Positions 40,001-50,482 of a stretch of DNA of 64,000 nucleotides are shown here, piece by piece. The position numbers and the translations under genes are program-made. Position 1 is the first letter of the stretch. The number at the start of each line of letters is the position of its first letter. Below the pieces are notes generated by a model. The model ran no database searches. It saw nothing but the letters and a program-made list of their open reading frames with translations, and was not told where the DNA came from. Source of the stretch: Nitrosopumilus sp. (GTDB taxonomy: Archaea > Thermoproteota > Nitrososphaeria > Nitrososphaerales > Nitrosopumilaceae); the NCBI GenBank assembly GCA_965249555.1, contig OZ252243.1:2048001-2112000 (forward strand). The letters run 5' to 3'.

Positions 40001-42773
40001 GAACGGTAAAGTCAGACATTGCCTCTATTGTAATATTGCCTAAACTGCCAATTATTGGTGCAGTGGTATCTTGTACTGTGATTGTTTGCGTGGCACCAGC
40101 TGAATTGCCTGAATCATCAGTTGCAGTCCAAGTAACTAGAGTAGTGCCAAGTGGGAATGTACTTGGAGCATTATTTGTTATGGCAGGCGACAAATCCCCA
40201 TCATCAATTGCCGTAGCAGTGCCAATTTGTGAATCAGTTATAGGTGTTAGTGCTGCTGTTGCCTCAAATGTTTTATCACTTGGTATGGTAAGGATGGGAG
40301 AAATATTATCCCGAAATACCAAATTTACATTAAATGTAATAGTTGCTAGATTGTTTGCAGAATCAATAGCAGTACATGTAACTATAGTATTGCCAGTTGA
40401 AAATACAGATCCACTAGGTGGATCACAAATAACTGCAACTATACCATCTGTATCATCAGTTGCAGTAGGTATGGTGTAATCAAATACTTTGGAATTTGCA
40501 TTATCTATAAAATCAAATTTGTCATTAACTGGTGAAAAAACTGGTGGCATATTATCAATAGGTGCAGCAGCGTCATAAACAGAGATACTATCTAACTCTG
40601 TATCCTCACTATTACTGTTAGATATAGCATCAAATCGTAGTTTGAATTGGGAAGAAGAATAACTACTCAGATCATACTCTGCAAAATGCCACTGGCCATC
40701 ATCGTATGCATTACCATCATCATCTGTTTGATCAGCTGTAAATGATTCTAATACTTGCCAAATATTCCCATCATTTTCTGAAACATATGTGACAATACCT
40801 TCCTGACTTCTAGCATCCGCTCCTGTTGCTACAAACCAGTTGAAGCTTAGTTTGGGGGTTGTCATTTGTGTCAAGTCAACATTATCAACCATTATCATAG
40901 TACATACATCATCACAGTCTTCAGTTCCTGCTACTTTATTGCCAGATATAGAATCAAGTACTGGAATAAGAGGGGAATTTCGTATACTCCAAAATTCATC
41001 ATCACCTGTAGTTAAAATCCAGTTTGACATGTCTGTCTCAAAGTTATCAATAAAAGAGGTTAATGTATTTGAAACAGGTACATTAACAGTTAAGGTAATA
41101 CTGGAACTAGCTCTTACTCCATCACCATTTTCTGCTGAAACTGTAATGGTATGCACACCATTTGTTAATCCAGTTAAAGTGGATTCAAAGTTTAGACTGA
41201 CATCTTCTGATATTACACGAGTCATTATTGGATCAATACTAGTAATACCATCAACTCTGATTGTAATATCTTCAATTCCCGATGACATTGACTCATAGAT
41301 AAATCCCTCAATTACTACAAATGAGGACATTATAGTAGTATTATCCCTTGGAGATTGTACAGTAATACTAGGAGGTGAAGTGTCTGGGATGTGGACATTT
41401 AAGATATTTGATGGAGTAGATGCACCAAAGTCATTGCTTGTAAAAATTCTAAAGAATTGATTGTATCCTTCGTGTCTCACATAATCAAAGCTAGTTGTAG
41501 TTTCACTATAACTATTATGATGTTGCCAATTTATAGAATCCCTAGATCTCTCAACTTCATAAAATGTAATCTCAGAACTACCCTCATCTGGATGACTCCA
41601 GGTAAAATGCAATGTTGTACCTGATAGGGTATAGGCAAAGTCATCTACAGCAGCAGGGATTGCCTGAATTGATCCTGGGCCAACAATTGATATTAATCCC
41701 TCTCTGGTATGTCCAAATCTTCCATCAGTTACAGAATATCTAATGGTGTCTGATTCAGGAGGAAAGATTGCAGGTGTGTATATTAATTGAGATGAATCTC
41801 CATCAGTGTTAGTTAGAGGGATAGTTTTATTGTCATGGGTTAAAAATCCATTAGTTGGAAAATCTACAAGTTTATAGGTTAAATAATCAAAATCAGTATC
41901 AACTGCATCTAAGTTAATAGTAACAGCATTATCATTGCTTACTATCTTATCTATATTTTGAGGGGTAGGAATTTGGTTTCTAACAGCTATAACATCGCAA
42001 TCAATTTTTGTTACACTTCCTGCAACAAAAGAGTTATCTCTACATTTTTTGCCCAAATATCCTTGATCTTCATCAACTGCAAAAACTACAGCACTACTTG
42101 GTAGATTTACCCAAACATTATTTTGTTTTATTTTCATATTTGTAAACTTGCTCATAGGAATGGATGAATATCCAAGAGGTGCAGGATCAGAAGCAGAAAC
42201 TGTTCCCTCTATTCCAATATTAGCATTAAAGACACTCTCAGGATGTAAGTTAACGCGTGCAGGGTGATCTAAAAAATATGGAGTACTAACAGTGACTGCA
42301 ACTCCAAGTCCATCTGTATCTTCTATAGTTACTTTAACATTCTCGCCAGGATCTACTCTGCCACCAGGAACTAAATATTCTATATAATTAGGTATATTAT
42401 CTTCATTAACATTGTTTACTGCATAATAGATACTTAGTTTTGTGACACATTCAGGGTCACCAACTCCACCTATCCTAAACTCTCCTTTTGTTACTCCAGA
42501 TTCAACCCACTCTACAAGTTCATTATCACCTATAGGATCAGCAATAAGCCAACCAGCAGATACAGCAATATTACTACAAGCATTTCTGTCAATGTAAAGA
42601 TCAGGAGAATCTAACTCATATTCAACTCCAGTAATTTTGGTAAATCCGTCAGTTCTGATTTGTGAATGACAACGGTCATCAAAAGTACATGGAGATGCAA
42701 AGGCATCTTCATGACTAATAGCTAGAACACACAGTGTAAAGACAATTGAAGATAACGCTATAGCTTTAATCAC
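37059..42773 (-). CDS. 1904-aa secreted surface protein: putative neprosin-like head, Ig/cadherin-like, FN3, jelly-roll, HYR repeats, three FN3
   Basis: Signal peptide; DTTxP..FPLGTT.VTWTA.D HYR repeats; SVTLSW..GY..YVFRV.A.N FN3 repeats; head assignment is inference. Confidence 0.85.
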   Translation of the reverse strand: MIKAIALSSIVFTLCVLAISHEDAFASPCTFDDRCHSQIRTDGFTKITGVEYELDSPDLYIDRNACSNIAVSAGWLIADPIGDNELVEWVESGVTKGEFRIGGVGDPECVTKLSIYYAVNNVNEDNIPNYIEYLVPGGRVDPGENVKVTIEDTDGLGVAVTVSTPYFLDHPARVNLHPESVFNANIGIEGTVSASDPAPLGYSSIPMSKFTNMKIKQNNVWVNLPSSAVVFAVDEDQGYLGKKCRDNSFVAGSVTKIDCDVIAVRNQIPTPQNIDKIVSNDNAVTINLDAVDTDFDYLTYKLVDFPTNGFLTHDNKTIPLTNTDGDSSQLIYTPAIFPPESDTIRYSVTDGRFGHTREGLISIVGPGSIQAIPAAVDDFAYTLSGTTLHFTWSHPDEGSSEITFYEVERSRDSINWQHHNSYSETTTSFDYVRHEGYNQFFRIFTSNDFGASTPSNILNVHIPDTSPPSITVQSPRDNTTIMSSFVVIEGFIYESMSSGIEDITIRVDGITSIDPIMTRVISEDVSLNFESTLTGLTNGVHTITVSAENGDGVRASSSITLTVNVPVSNTLTSFIDNFETDMSNWILTTGDDEFWSIRNSPLIPVLDSISGNKVAGTEDCDDVCTMIMVDNVDLTQMTTPKLSFNWFVATGADARSQEGIVTYVSENDGNIWQVLESFTADQTDDDGNAYDDGQWHFAEYDLSSYSSSQFKLRFDAISNSNSEDTELDSISVYDAAAPIDNMPPVFSPVNDKFDFIDNANSKVFDYTIPTATDDTDGIVAVICDPPSGSVFSTGNTIVTCTAIDSANNLATITFNVNLVFRDNISPILTIPSDKTFEATAALTPITDSQIGTATAIDDGDLSPAITNNAPSTFPLGTTLVTWTATDDSGNSAGATQTITVQDTTAPIIGSLGNITIEAMSDFTVLTLSNPTVTDIFPTTITNDVPMQFPLGTTTVTWTAVDTSGNPASTSQDIIIADTIPPQFIILQDMTFEATGLSTPLSQSDYGTPSATDHFTVTITNDAPELFPLGDTVINWTLVDSNGNTATTANTITVQDTTAPTITAPSDVTLESTDVLTRVSSSQLGQATSIDSVDRNPIITHDAPNSFPLGDTIVIWYATDSSNNRSSATQMVTIQDTTKPVFVTPADIAISTDSTSAIVNFNEPVATDIFPVTITCDYASDHSFFIGTTIVTCTATDSAGNPATISFDVTVTLSSDDVNPVITLPGDKTFEATSQLTPISASQLGQATATDNRDAEPDITNNAPSTFPLGTTLVTWTATDDSDNQSSAVQRITIQDTTAPIISSLSNITIEAMSDFTVLTLSNPTVTDIFPTTITNDVPMQFPLGTTTVTWTAIDTSGNPASTSQDIIIADTIPPQFIILQDMTFEATGLSTPLSQSDYGTPSATDHFTVTITNDAPMQFPLGDTVINWTLVDSNGNTATTANTITVQDTTAPTITAPSDVTLESTDVLTRVSSSQLGQATSIDSVDRNPIITNDAPNSFPLGDTIVIWYATDSGNNRSSAAQMVTIHDTTKPVFVTPADIAISTASTSAIVNFNEPVATDIFPVTITCDYASDHSFFIGTTIVTCTATDDSGNSASTSFTVSVSVSSPPVLPSTPTRLLVTGANTNSVTLSWDDTDDDSIMGYKILCRDISTGDALQPCVEDTASSDTTHVVENLSSEAVYVFRVIAINDTGQSPHSNFVRFGTATSHAPTTSHAPTTSHAPTNLLVTGTTINSVTLSWDDTDDDSITGYKILCRDISTGDALQPCVEDTASTDTTHVVENLLSGAVYVFRVISINGIEESPQSNYVQISTTLLAPTNLLVTGTTHNSVTLSWDDTNDDRATGYTILCRDDLYICIFDTGSSDTTHVVEHLSPDTAYVFRVIAINDFIHSEHSNFVRVVTDSTP

Positions 42774-43822
42774 TTCATTACACTCTCAAACACTGGAATT
42801 AATTCATCTAGTGTATGATAATAAGAATTTACATATAAAATGGTATATTCATCAGGTGCAAAAGCAACATTAGCTATGTAATAATTTAAATCGTTTCCAC
42901 CGGCATAGGCACTTACAAATTTACCATCTCTAGTCATTTCTCTAAGTTCACCATAATTACCACGTTGAGAAGATCTTGATTCCCATAAACTCTCAGCAAT
43001 ATCCTCCTGTGAATTCCAAGGAACATCTGCAATTTTAACTACAATACCATATCCATTAGATTGTCTGTACAAACTAGTATCAGTTACATTTGGATATAGT
43101 ATAAAATCACTAGGAACAAAACGATACCCAACAGAGTGAACTTCATAAGCAGAATTGGGATCATAGTTACGCTGTAGTTGATAATTGTTAGAATACGCAT
43201 ATAGTAATTTGTAGCCGTCAAGAATGTATGTAGGCATCCAGTCTTCAATGTATAGTCCAACACCTTGGTTTTTTGAATATTTTTCATGTGGAGGAGAAGA
43301 TATTGAAGCTAAACCACTTACATCATTATTACCAATTACCAAATCATAGCCCATAATTTTATCAAATATTGGCCGAGGTCCTGGTCCTCTTTGTAAAACA
43401 CCCTTGTATTCTCTACCATCATCAACAAATTCTACAGGTGAGGCCACATTCAAAACTGTAATTTGTGGCTCATCATTTACATTATCAACTGTTAATTTTA
43501 CATTTGTAGAATCAGGTTCTTCTACATCCATATTTGTAGAATCAGGTTCTTCTACATCCATATTTGTAGAATCAACAGTAATTGCTATAACATTAAATCC
43601 AATTTGCAACAATCTATCTACCGAGTTTTCAGTTACACAAGCTGGAGTGTTTCGTGGTGATTCCATTAAAATTTTCGAACCATTACATTGAATTTCATTA
43701 ATTGGTATTCCCGAACTGTATTGTTTGAATGGTGATAAGATTTCTGTCTCTGCAAGTGCAGGTATTGCACTTAATCCGATAGCAATGACTGCAAGCAGTA
43801 TTGATGTTGTTATATTATTCAA
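42770..43822 (-). CDS. Secreted protein with an N-terminal SPFKQ...CV..RL..GF module
   Basis: Signal peptide; stop overlaps the start of the 1904-aa gene; N-terminus shared with 51119-52516. Confidence 0.8.
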   Translation of the reverse strand: MNNITTSILLAVIAIGLSAIPALAETEILSPFKQYSSGIPINEIQCNGSKILMESPRNTPACVTENSVDRLLQIGFNVIAITVDSTNMDVEEPDSTNMDVEEPDSTNVKLTVDNVNDEPQITVLNVASPVEFVDDGREYKGVLQRGPGPRPIFDKIMGYDLVIGNNDVSGLASISSPPHEKYSKNQGVGLYIEDWMPTYILDGYKLLYAYSNNYQLQRNYDPNSAYEVHSVGYRFVPSDFILYPNVTDTSLYRQSNGYGIVVKIADVPWNSQEDIAESLWESRSSQRGNYGELREMTRDGKFVSAYAGGNDLNYYIANVAFAPDEYTILYVNSYYHTLDELIPVFESVMK

Positions 43823-44083
43823 TAATTTATAATAGTATAGAAGTATATTAGAGATTGGTAACTTAACTGGAGCTGTTTTCTCGTGGAAAGTGTCGGGAGC
43901 TGACGTTTTGAATCAGTGGTCTATTATAGTGACATAGGCATGAAATCACGATCTTATTCAGATTCAAAAATTAAAATGGAATAAAAAGAATCAAAAGACG
44001 GTTCAGAGCAAAGCCTAATCATCACGATTGGCTTCAGACTAACGCTTTCTTTATTCCGGGATGGGAAAATAGGCTAATCTATC

Positions 44084-44188
44084 ATGTCCCGAATCAAACA
44101 CTTTTGGAAAATACCCATAATATCGAAATTGGGATTTTCCATGTCCCTAATCAAACAGCAGGTGGAAGTGTCCCAAAGTTTGAACAGT
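44084..44188 (-). repeat. Putative transposon end with three TGTCCC-containing repeats
   Basis: Repeats at 44084, 44141 and 44168; inverted partner at 53060-53109. Confidence 0.55.
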
Positions 44189-44216
44189 ACCATATTCTAC
44201 CACTCGCAGATTACAC

Positions 44217-44409
44217 AGACGTTATACGAAATCTTTTTCCCATCTTGTGATGTATACCTACTGTTGGGCCTGAGAGTTGAATGAATACTGCCATGTACAA
44301 GGGCGTTACACAGACTAACTCAAAGTGAGCGGAAAACAAAATACCACATAGATGGTGAATGGGAGCATTCCGCTAGATCAGGCAATTTGATCAAAAAGGA
44401 GGTGATGGT
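44217..44409 (+). ncRNA. IS110 family B left end with a bridge-RNA-like structure (44268-44383)
   Basis: GCCTGA/TCAGGC closes two stem-internal loop-hairpin arms; loop strands match insertion flanks and the donor end; AGGAGGTGA ribosome-binding site follows. Confidence 0.8.
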
Positions 44410-44736
44410 ATGATCAGCATAGGAATTGATGTTCACAAAATAAAATGTGTTGCAACAAAATAGGAATCCAGAAAGAAGCTAGAGCAGTCAAGCTTTGATA
44501 ATACAACAAATGGGATAATGGGTTTTATCAAACATATCAAAAGCACATATGGCAATGACATACAGGCAGTATGTGAGTCAACTGCAAACTATTGGATCAG
44601 ACTACATGACACGCTAGAAGACCATGGAATTGATACAACTCTTGCACATCCTGCAAAGACCAAGATAATTGCACAGGCAAAGCTAAAAAACGACAAACTT
44701 GATTCAGACGTATTGGCAGACTTGCTAAGTTCTTAG
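44410..44736 (+). pseudogene. IS110 family B transposase, N-terminal DEDD domain, truncated
   Basis: MISIGIDVHK, VCEST, KNDKLDS; internal stop. Confidence 0.88.
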
Positions 44737-45494
44737 TTGACTCGTATGGTTTGGAATCATCATATGCCGGATCACACCATATGCTATTCATCAATCCAGA
44801 AAGTGACCCTATCAATTTTTCATATGGCTTGCTATCATGAACATTTGCAGTAGTTACACATGGCAGATAATGGAACTAGTCTTTCCCGTACTGTAACTCA
44901 TGTGTAGTTTGTATCCATACGCCCAACCCTTTGATTTGGAGAATCCCCACAATTGGTAAGTGATTCTTTTTGATGTCTGATTTGTGCCATACTGGACCTG
45001 AAGCTTTTAACATTGAACTATCAACTGATGCTGATTCACTATTCACCAATCCTTCTGAGACAAACAAATCGCCTACAGTGTCAATAATTTCATTGATTGG
45101 CAAACATTGAAATCTTTTGTCAATTGTCCTTCTGTCAGGGATTTAATCTGCAAACCTTGAGTAATTTGTCATTGGTACATTTGATTGAGAGAAAATAATG
45201 CAGTGTGCTGTCACTTGGAATTCTCATCCATGACTTTATGATGTATAATTACACCATCAGAACAGTCAAATGGACATATGGTAGTCCTCGTCTCATTGCA
45301 TTCTCGTACAGATATAGTGTTCCCGCCAGATACAAAACACCAATAAGAAATGACTCACATAGAATCCTGCTAGGGATTTTTATTTGTTTTGTAATCATTT
45401 CAATGAACAAAACATGATGAGATCCTTTGCTTTTTCTATTTGAATAATTTGAGAAATCGGTTAAAAATTAGAATGGATTATGCCCATGTCTCAG
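44730..45494 (-). mobile_element. IS982/IS5-like element, left two-thirds, degenerate
   Basis: Homologous to 62109 to about 62900; TIR CTGAGACATGGGCATAAT ends at 45494. Confidence 0.85.
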
Positions 45495-45664
45495 TAAACT
45501 GTGAATGTTTTTTTGGTGCTTTGATTTTGTTTTATTGGTATAACCGTACAATTTGTGGGCTGCAGACCTTACGTATACTTTGTAAGATCGCAAATTGCCA
45601 TAAATTTGTTTATTATTTTGAGGCATACCGCAAGTCATTATCAATTTTATTATAACAAGGTGCC

Positions 45665-46582
45665 GTGTATAGTACAATGACATTGAAAATGACAATACCA
45701 TTGTTAATAGCGATGCTGTTAGTTCCGGCAGGGATTAATGGTATTACTGCACAAACAGTACAAAACGAATCTACGTTAGAACTAGAATTAACAGCATATG
45801 AGAAATCAATGTTGGAAAGCCCTAGTCTGAAAGATGTAAGTGAAGAAGTAAAAATTGATTTTATTAAAAATCTAAGAGAATTCAGAAATAATCTTTCTGG
45901 ATACGATGCAAAAATTGTAGAAAAATTAGATGAACTTGCAATTGCAGATCTCAAACTCAAAGAGGCCAATAATTCAAACAAAGATGAGAAAACAATACAA
46001 AAATATGAATCTCAAAAAGCATTAAAAATATTTGAATTAGAAGATTTGGGAGTACCATCACAAGAAAGATTGGAGGCAAATCCACAATACTGGACAGAAA
46101 AAGCAATTGAATCTAAAAAACGTATTGAAAGTAACAATACACAACCAGTAATTGGAACTGATAGAAATGATGACATTTATTTCATCCATTCTAGTGATTC
46201 AGCTCTGAAGAGAGTATCAATACTTTGGGTTCCTTGTTGGAATGAAGGATTCCAAGTTAGTTGTCCTAATCTTAATTGGGGTTGGAATGTAGGGACTACT
46301 ACAGCATTCTGGTGGATTCCTACTGATGGAATTATGAGTTTTGGAAGCCAAATTTGTAATGATAGTGATATCAATCATGACACGATTAACTACAATATGA
46401 GAATTGAACGTGAAATCATTAGTATTTTCCAAACAACTGTATATGATTTTGATAACACTACTAGTGAAAGTCTAGATGCTGATCGATACAATTGTGACAA
46501 TACTACATTTTACAAGTCTGTTAATGCAGGAAGCCGTACTGAATTAAGTACATCAATCAGTAACATTTTTGTTACTGGTTAA
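45665..46582 (+). CDS. Secreted protein of unknown function (helical N-part, Cys/Trp-rich C-domain)
   Basis: Signal peptide; 305-aa ORF. Confidence 0.75.
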   Translation: MYSTMTLKMTIPLLIAMLLVPAGINGITAQTVQNESTLELELTAYEKSMLESPSLKDVSEEVKIDFIKNLREFRNNLSGYDAKIVEKLDELAIADLKLKEANNSNKDEKTIQKYESQKALKIFELEDLGVPSQERLEANPQYWTEKAIESKKRIESNNTQPVIGTDRNDDIYFIHSSDSALKRVSILWVPCWNEGFQVSCPNLNWGWNVGTTTAFWWIPTDGIMSFGSQICNDSDINHDTINYNMRIEREIISIFQTTVYDFDNTTSESLDADRYNCDNTTFYKSVNAGSRTELSTSISNIFVTG

Positions 46583-46599
46583 CTCTCTATTTTTTTATT

Positions 46600-46875
46600 A
46601 TGCAAATACAAAATTTTATCTTTGGTATAGGTATTTTTTTTATATTCATGTCAGGTACTTTTTACCATCCTTTATTGGGGGTAATTTTAGTAGAGTCTGT
46701 AGGAGCTAGATTACAACTAGACATAGAAAATTCTGAAAATATTGTTGATGTATCAAAACCATCAGATGTATTTTACTCTAATGCATATATTTCTGCAATA
46801 TATGGGCTGCCTTTTTTAATATTGGGTTTTTATTTCATATACAAATTTAAAAAATTACCAATTAAGAAAATTTAA
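46600..46875 (+). CDS. Small two-TM membrane protein
   Basis: Hydrophobic ends; 17 bp after the upstream gene. Confidence 0.65.
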   Translation: MQIQNFIFGIGIFFIFMSGTFYHPLLGVILVESVGARLQLDIENSENIVDVSKPSDVFYSNAYISAIYGLPFLILGFYFIYKFKKLPIKKI

Positions 46876-46979
46876 AATATTTTTGGTTGTTAAATATAAA
46901 CAGTAATCAAAACATATGGTAAAACCAAATGGCCATCATAATGGGAGTAATTTTAGTATTCTTATCCTACTGAGAAAAG

Positions 46980-47255
46980 GGTTCTGTGAAGTTATAGAGA
47001 CCTAAGACTAGATTGAATTTTCTTTGTGTAGTGAGGCGTTTTGAATGATAGTCTTCCATTTGTTAGCACCAACCATTTCTATCAGTGAGGCTTGAGCTGG
47101 TGTCTTACCTTTCAAGGCACTATGCTTTTTTGTGAAATTGTAATACACTTTCATGCCCTCAATTATTGAGGTATCCATCTTTTTGAGACCCCTAAAGGTT
47201 TTCTTTCTGTCTCTTATCTCACCGTTAAGACGTTCCATTTTGTTGTTGTTCATAT
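46980..47255 (-). mobile_element. IS6-like transposase C-terminal remnant with terminal repeat
   Basis: NNNKMERLNGEIRDR.K.FRGLK, YYN...H..L.GKTP; GGTTCTGTGAAGTT end. Confidence 0.7.
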
Positions 47256-47455
47256 TTAATACTTGTATCACTTTCAATCATTTCAGCATAATTGCATATA
47301 AAATCATCAGGATTCTTTAACAAGCGTAAGTAATACTTCAAAGTGCCTAATATGCCATTAACGATTACTTGACACCCATGAGTTCGATTAATCTTTATAA
47401 TTTCATTAGTAATCTCAATATCATTTTTACAATCTTCATCAGTGCTTAAGAGATA

Positions 47456-48528
47456 TAGCGACGATCAAAAGTTCGTGAACATCTTTGCAGGATTTCTAAA
47501 AATATAATTAACAACATCAAGTTTGAATTTTTTTGTTCCAAAGTATTGTGACACTACATTATTCATTATTGTAAACATTGCATAATATTCTGATACCAAC
47601 AACACATGCTTATTTTCCAACACTGCTCTATCATGTTTAGATATGGTGGGTCCTTTTGGCAGCCAAATCAGTGTGACATCTGGATTATCTGTCAAAAAGT
47701 CCTTGACCTTCTTTGATTGCTGCACTGATGCCCTGTCAAGTATCAACGCAATTTTACCATATTTGTAGTGCAACTCAGATATTCTACAAATGTTATACCG
47801 TTGAATTTTTTATAAATTCTAAACAGTTGGCCCCCATTGATTGTAACTGTTCCATACACTGCCAAACTTTCATGGTTTCCCACATATGGAAGAAATATTC
47901 TTTTGGCAACTGGTGAGCAATATTTTCGTCCTGCTTTTATATCCCTAACAAAGAATGCCTCATCAAGCATTGCAATGGTGAATCCACTCTTTTTTAGGCG
48001 TGGAATTCTCTTTTTCATGCGTTGCTGCCCAGCTGCGCACGGCTGTTACACTTGCATGATTGACGTGATATTTGTGCAGTTTTAGCAGACATTCCATACT
48101 GGCGCATTATTCTTCTGACATGTGTTGTGTGAAATTTTATTCCAGTAGAATCAAATATTGCCTGCTGCAGCATTACAGGTGTAAATAGTGTCGACATAAT
48201 TTTGAGCATGATATAATTCATTTGCTTCTTTGGGATTACACATGGTCTTCCACTCCTTGGGTGATCGTAGAGGCCATCTACTTTAAAACGATCAACCCAT
48301 TTGCGTACCCAGTTTGTACAGCGGTATGGTGTTTGTGCGGTGTACTCTAATTCCTTGCCATCTTTGAGAACCATTAGTACTGCAAGCATCCTGACTATAT
48401 CTTTGGAGTTTTCCTTTTTGTATGCTGCTTCAAGCTGTTCTAACTTGTTCATGTGTTTCATTGTGTGTAGTGATCAAAAAGTCTTTTGTTTTGATGATTT
48501 TTAGTTCACGAACTTTGACTCTTCGCTA
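47456..48528 (-). mobile_element. IS630-family element, copy 3 (more degenerate)
   Basis: Same TIRs and TA flanks; additional frameshifts. Confidence 0.9.
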
Positions 48529-48725
48529 TACAACATCATTAAAAATTCATAAAACTATATCCCCAATAGTTGAACATTATGAGAATGATGCGGCTACTAA
48601 ACTATTACTATATAATGAGATGATAAAATGATAGGTTAAATATTAACAAAATTCTTTGCATAACTAAACAAATTTTTAATGAATCGATGATCCGTTTTAT
48701 TATACAGTATATATTCAAATAACTA

Positions 48726-49317
48726 ATGACTATGAATTACGTAATAATGACAATATTAACTGTAGCAATACTTGCAGTTAGTATCAATCCGATATTTGCC
48801 GAACATGATTTACCAGAGGATAATCCATTCAATAGTGGAATTTAATCCATTTGTTATGATATTGGGACATTGAATTCTATAACTGTGAATGGATCCGATG
48901 ATAATGGATTGCTTTTAGCAAATGAAGCTGATGAATCCAGACAAATGATAGACGCTACAGATATGACAGTAAGCCATGATTCACAATGCAGTACGGGAGA
49001 TAACCGTGTTGGAGGTGGTAATCTTGGTTATTCTAGTAGACAAGGTGTAGAACTTGAATACAATATTGGTAACAATGATCAATATTCAAAAATCTACATC
49101 AATAATCTTAGAAATTGGTCTACATCTAGTACCTGTGGTTGGTTTCAAGATTTGAATCCGGAATATGTCTTTAATCATGAATTTGGACACTGCAGGATTA
49201 GATCACACAGAAAATTGGTGGACTAGTAATAGTCACAGTTTAATGAAACCAAGTTGTAATAGTGAATTTGATGACCTCAAACCTGACAACATTATACAAA
49301 TCAATGGAATTTATTAG
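48726..49317 (+). pseudogene. Secreted metzincin (matrixin-like) metalloprotease
   Basis: Signal peptide; in-frame TAA at 48843; HEFGH then, after a frameshift, AGLDH...SLMKP (Met-turn). Confidence 0.75.
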
Positions 49318-49323
49318 GAGATC

Positions 49324-49908
49324 ATGAAAATGAAATTTCTACTTCCAGTAATCTTTGCAAGTGTAATTGTTGCAGTTAGTATGGTAATGGTTAATGATGA
49401 TACATATAGTACATATGAATATGTACCATCAGATATTACAAAAGCAAATTCAAATATCAAACTCGCAAGTGGCAGTTCATCATTTGATACAATCAACCCT
49501 TCAGAAATAAAAGACAAAATTACTCACACTGTTATAGCCGAAGTAAAATCTGTAGATGATGTTATTCCTTGGCAAGATAAATGGGGCGAAACCTATGGTG
49601 CAGTTCCTGTAACTCTAAAAGTAATGGAAGTTGTAAAAGGTGACATATCCACAAAAAAAATAACCATTTATCTGCATGGAATGTATGAGCAAGATGAATT
49701 CTATCTTTTACCAAATGAACCACAATTTGAAATTAATGAAAAAGTTCTAGTTCATTTAAGCACACAAGATAAAAATGGGTTTGAAGAAGGAGTATTATAT
49801 GTTCAGATAGCTGAATATGGTAAATATAAGATTGTCAATGATCAAGCATACAACAAAAATAATCCAAACGGAAAAAGTTTAGATTCTGCAAAGAACGAAT
49901 CTAAATGA
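49324..49908 (+). CDS. Exported protein of unknown function
   Basis: N-terminal hydrophobic segment; 6 bp after the metzincin stop. Confidence 0.75.
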   Translation: MKMKFLLPVIFASVIVAVSMVMVNDDTYSTYEYVPSDITKANSNIKLASGSSSFDTINPSEIKDKITHTVIAEVKSVDDVIPWQDKWGETYGAVPVTLKVMEVVKGDISTKKITIYLHGMYEQDEFYLLPNEPQFEINEKVLVHLSTQDKNGFEEGVLYVQIAEYGKYKIVNDQAYNKNNPNGKSLDSAKNESK

Positions 49909-49999
49909 TTTTTCTTTTTTTCTAATTATGGTATTTGCTCAGATATGAGGACCTAAAAGAATAACACTAAAGTCATACCTCATTACTATTGATAAAATA

Positions 50000-50126
50000 G
50001 GCTCTGGTCAGTTCTGGTGATCTAGCATAGATAGTGGTCAGAAGTGACAAATATGGATCTTCTCAAGATTGCCCGACCCCCTTGAAAAATCCTTGGTCAG
50101 AAGTGATATAAAAAATTCTTGAATAC
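50000..50126 (+). repeat. About 127-bp dispersed repeat, probable IS end (GGCTCTGGTCAGTT...)
   Basis: Second copy at 58049-58178; internal TGGTCARAAGTGA twice. Confidence 0.7.
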
Positions 50127-50482
50127 TCCCATACGAAATCGTCTCCAACCCTACTGAGGACACTTACTAGCGTGCTTTGCTGAATCAGGACATCTCAGAT
50201 ATGCCTTGCATCTTATACTTTCGCTGTGTCAGTTCATGATTTTGTGTATAATACACTTTCAGAGTTAACATGTGCCCGGATTATTGCAAGCATCCGGTCT
50301 TGCAGCTGCCACCTTTGTTTTCACCTCTTTGCAATTCTGAAATAGAATGATCCCATTCTTTCATCAAATCGTACTGTAGTATTTGCAGCCTCTACCATTG
50401 CGTTACGTAACCATGCAGAACCCCTCTTTGTTATTCCGCCTCCTCGGTGCACATCTGCACTATCCCTGTGCGATGGTGCAAA
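50126..50482 (-). mobile_element. IS110 family B transposase C-terminal fragment and right end
   Basis: APSHRDS..GGITKRGSAWLRNAMVEAA; ends GATTTCGTATGGGAG. Confidence 0.85.

Noticed and set aside
37150-41298. Many plus-strand ORFs inside the 1904-aa gene (and at 53391-55481)
   Set aside because: Antisense shadows of Thr/Asp-rich repeats
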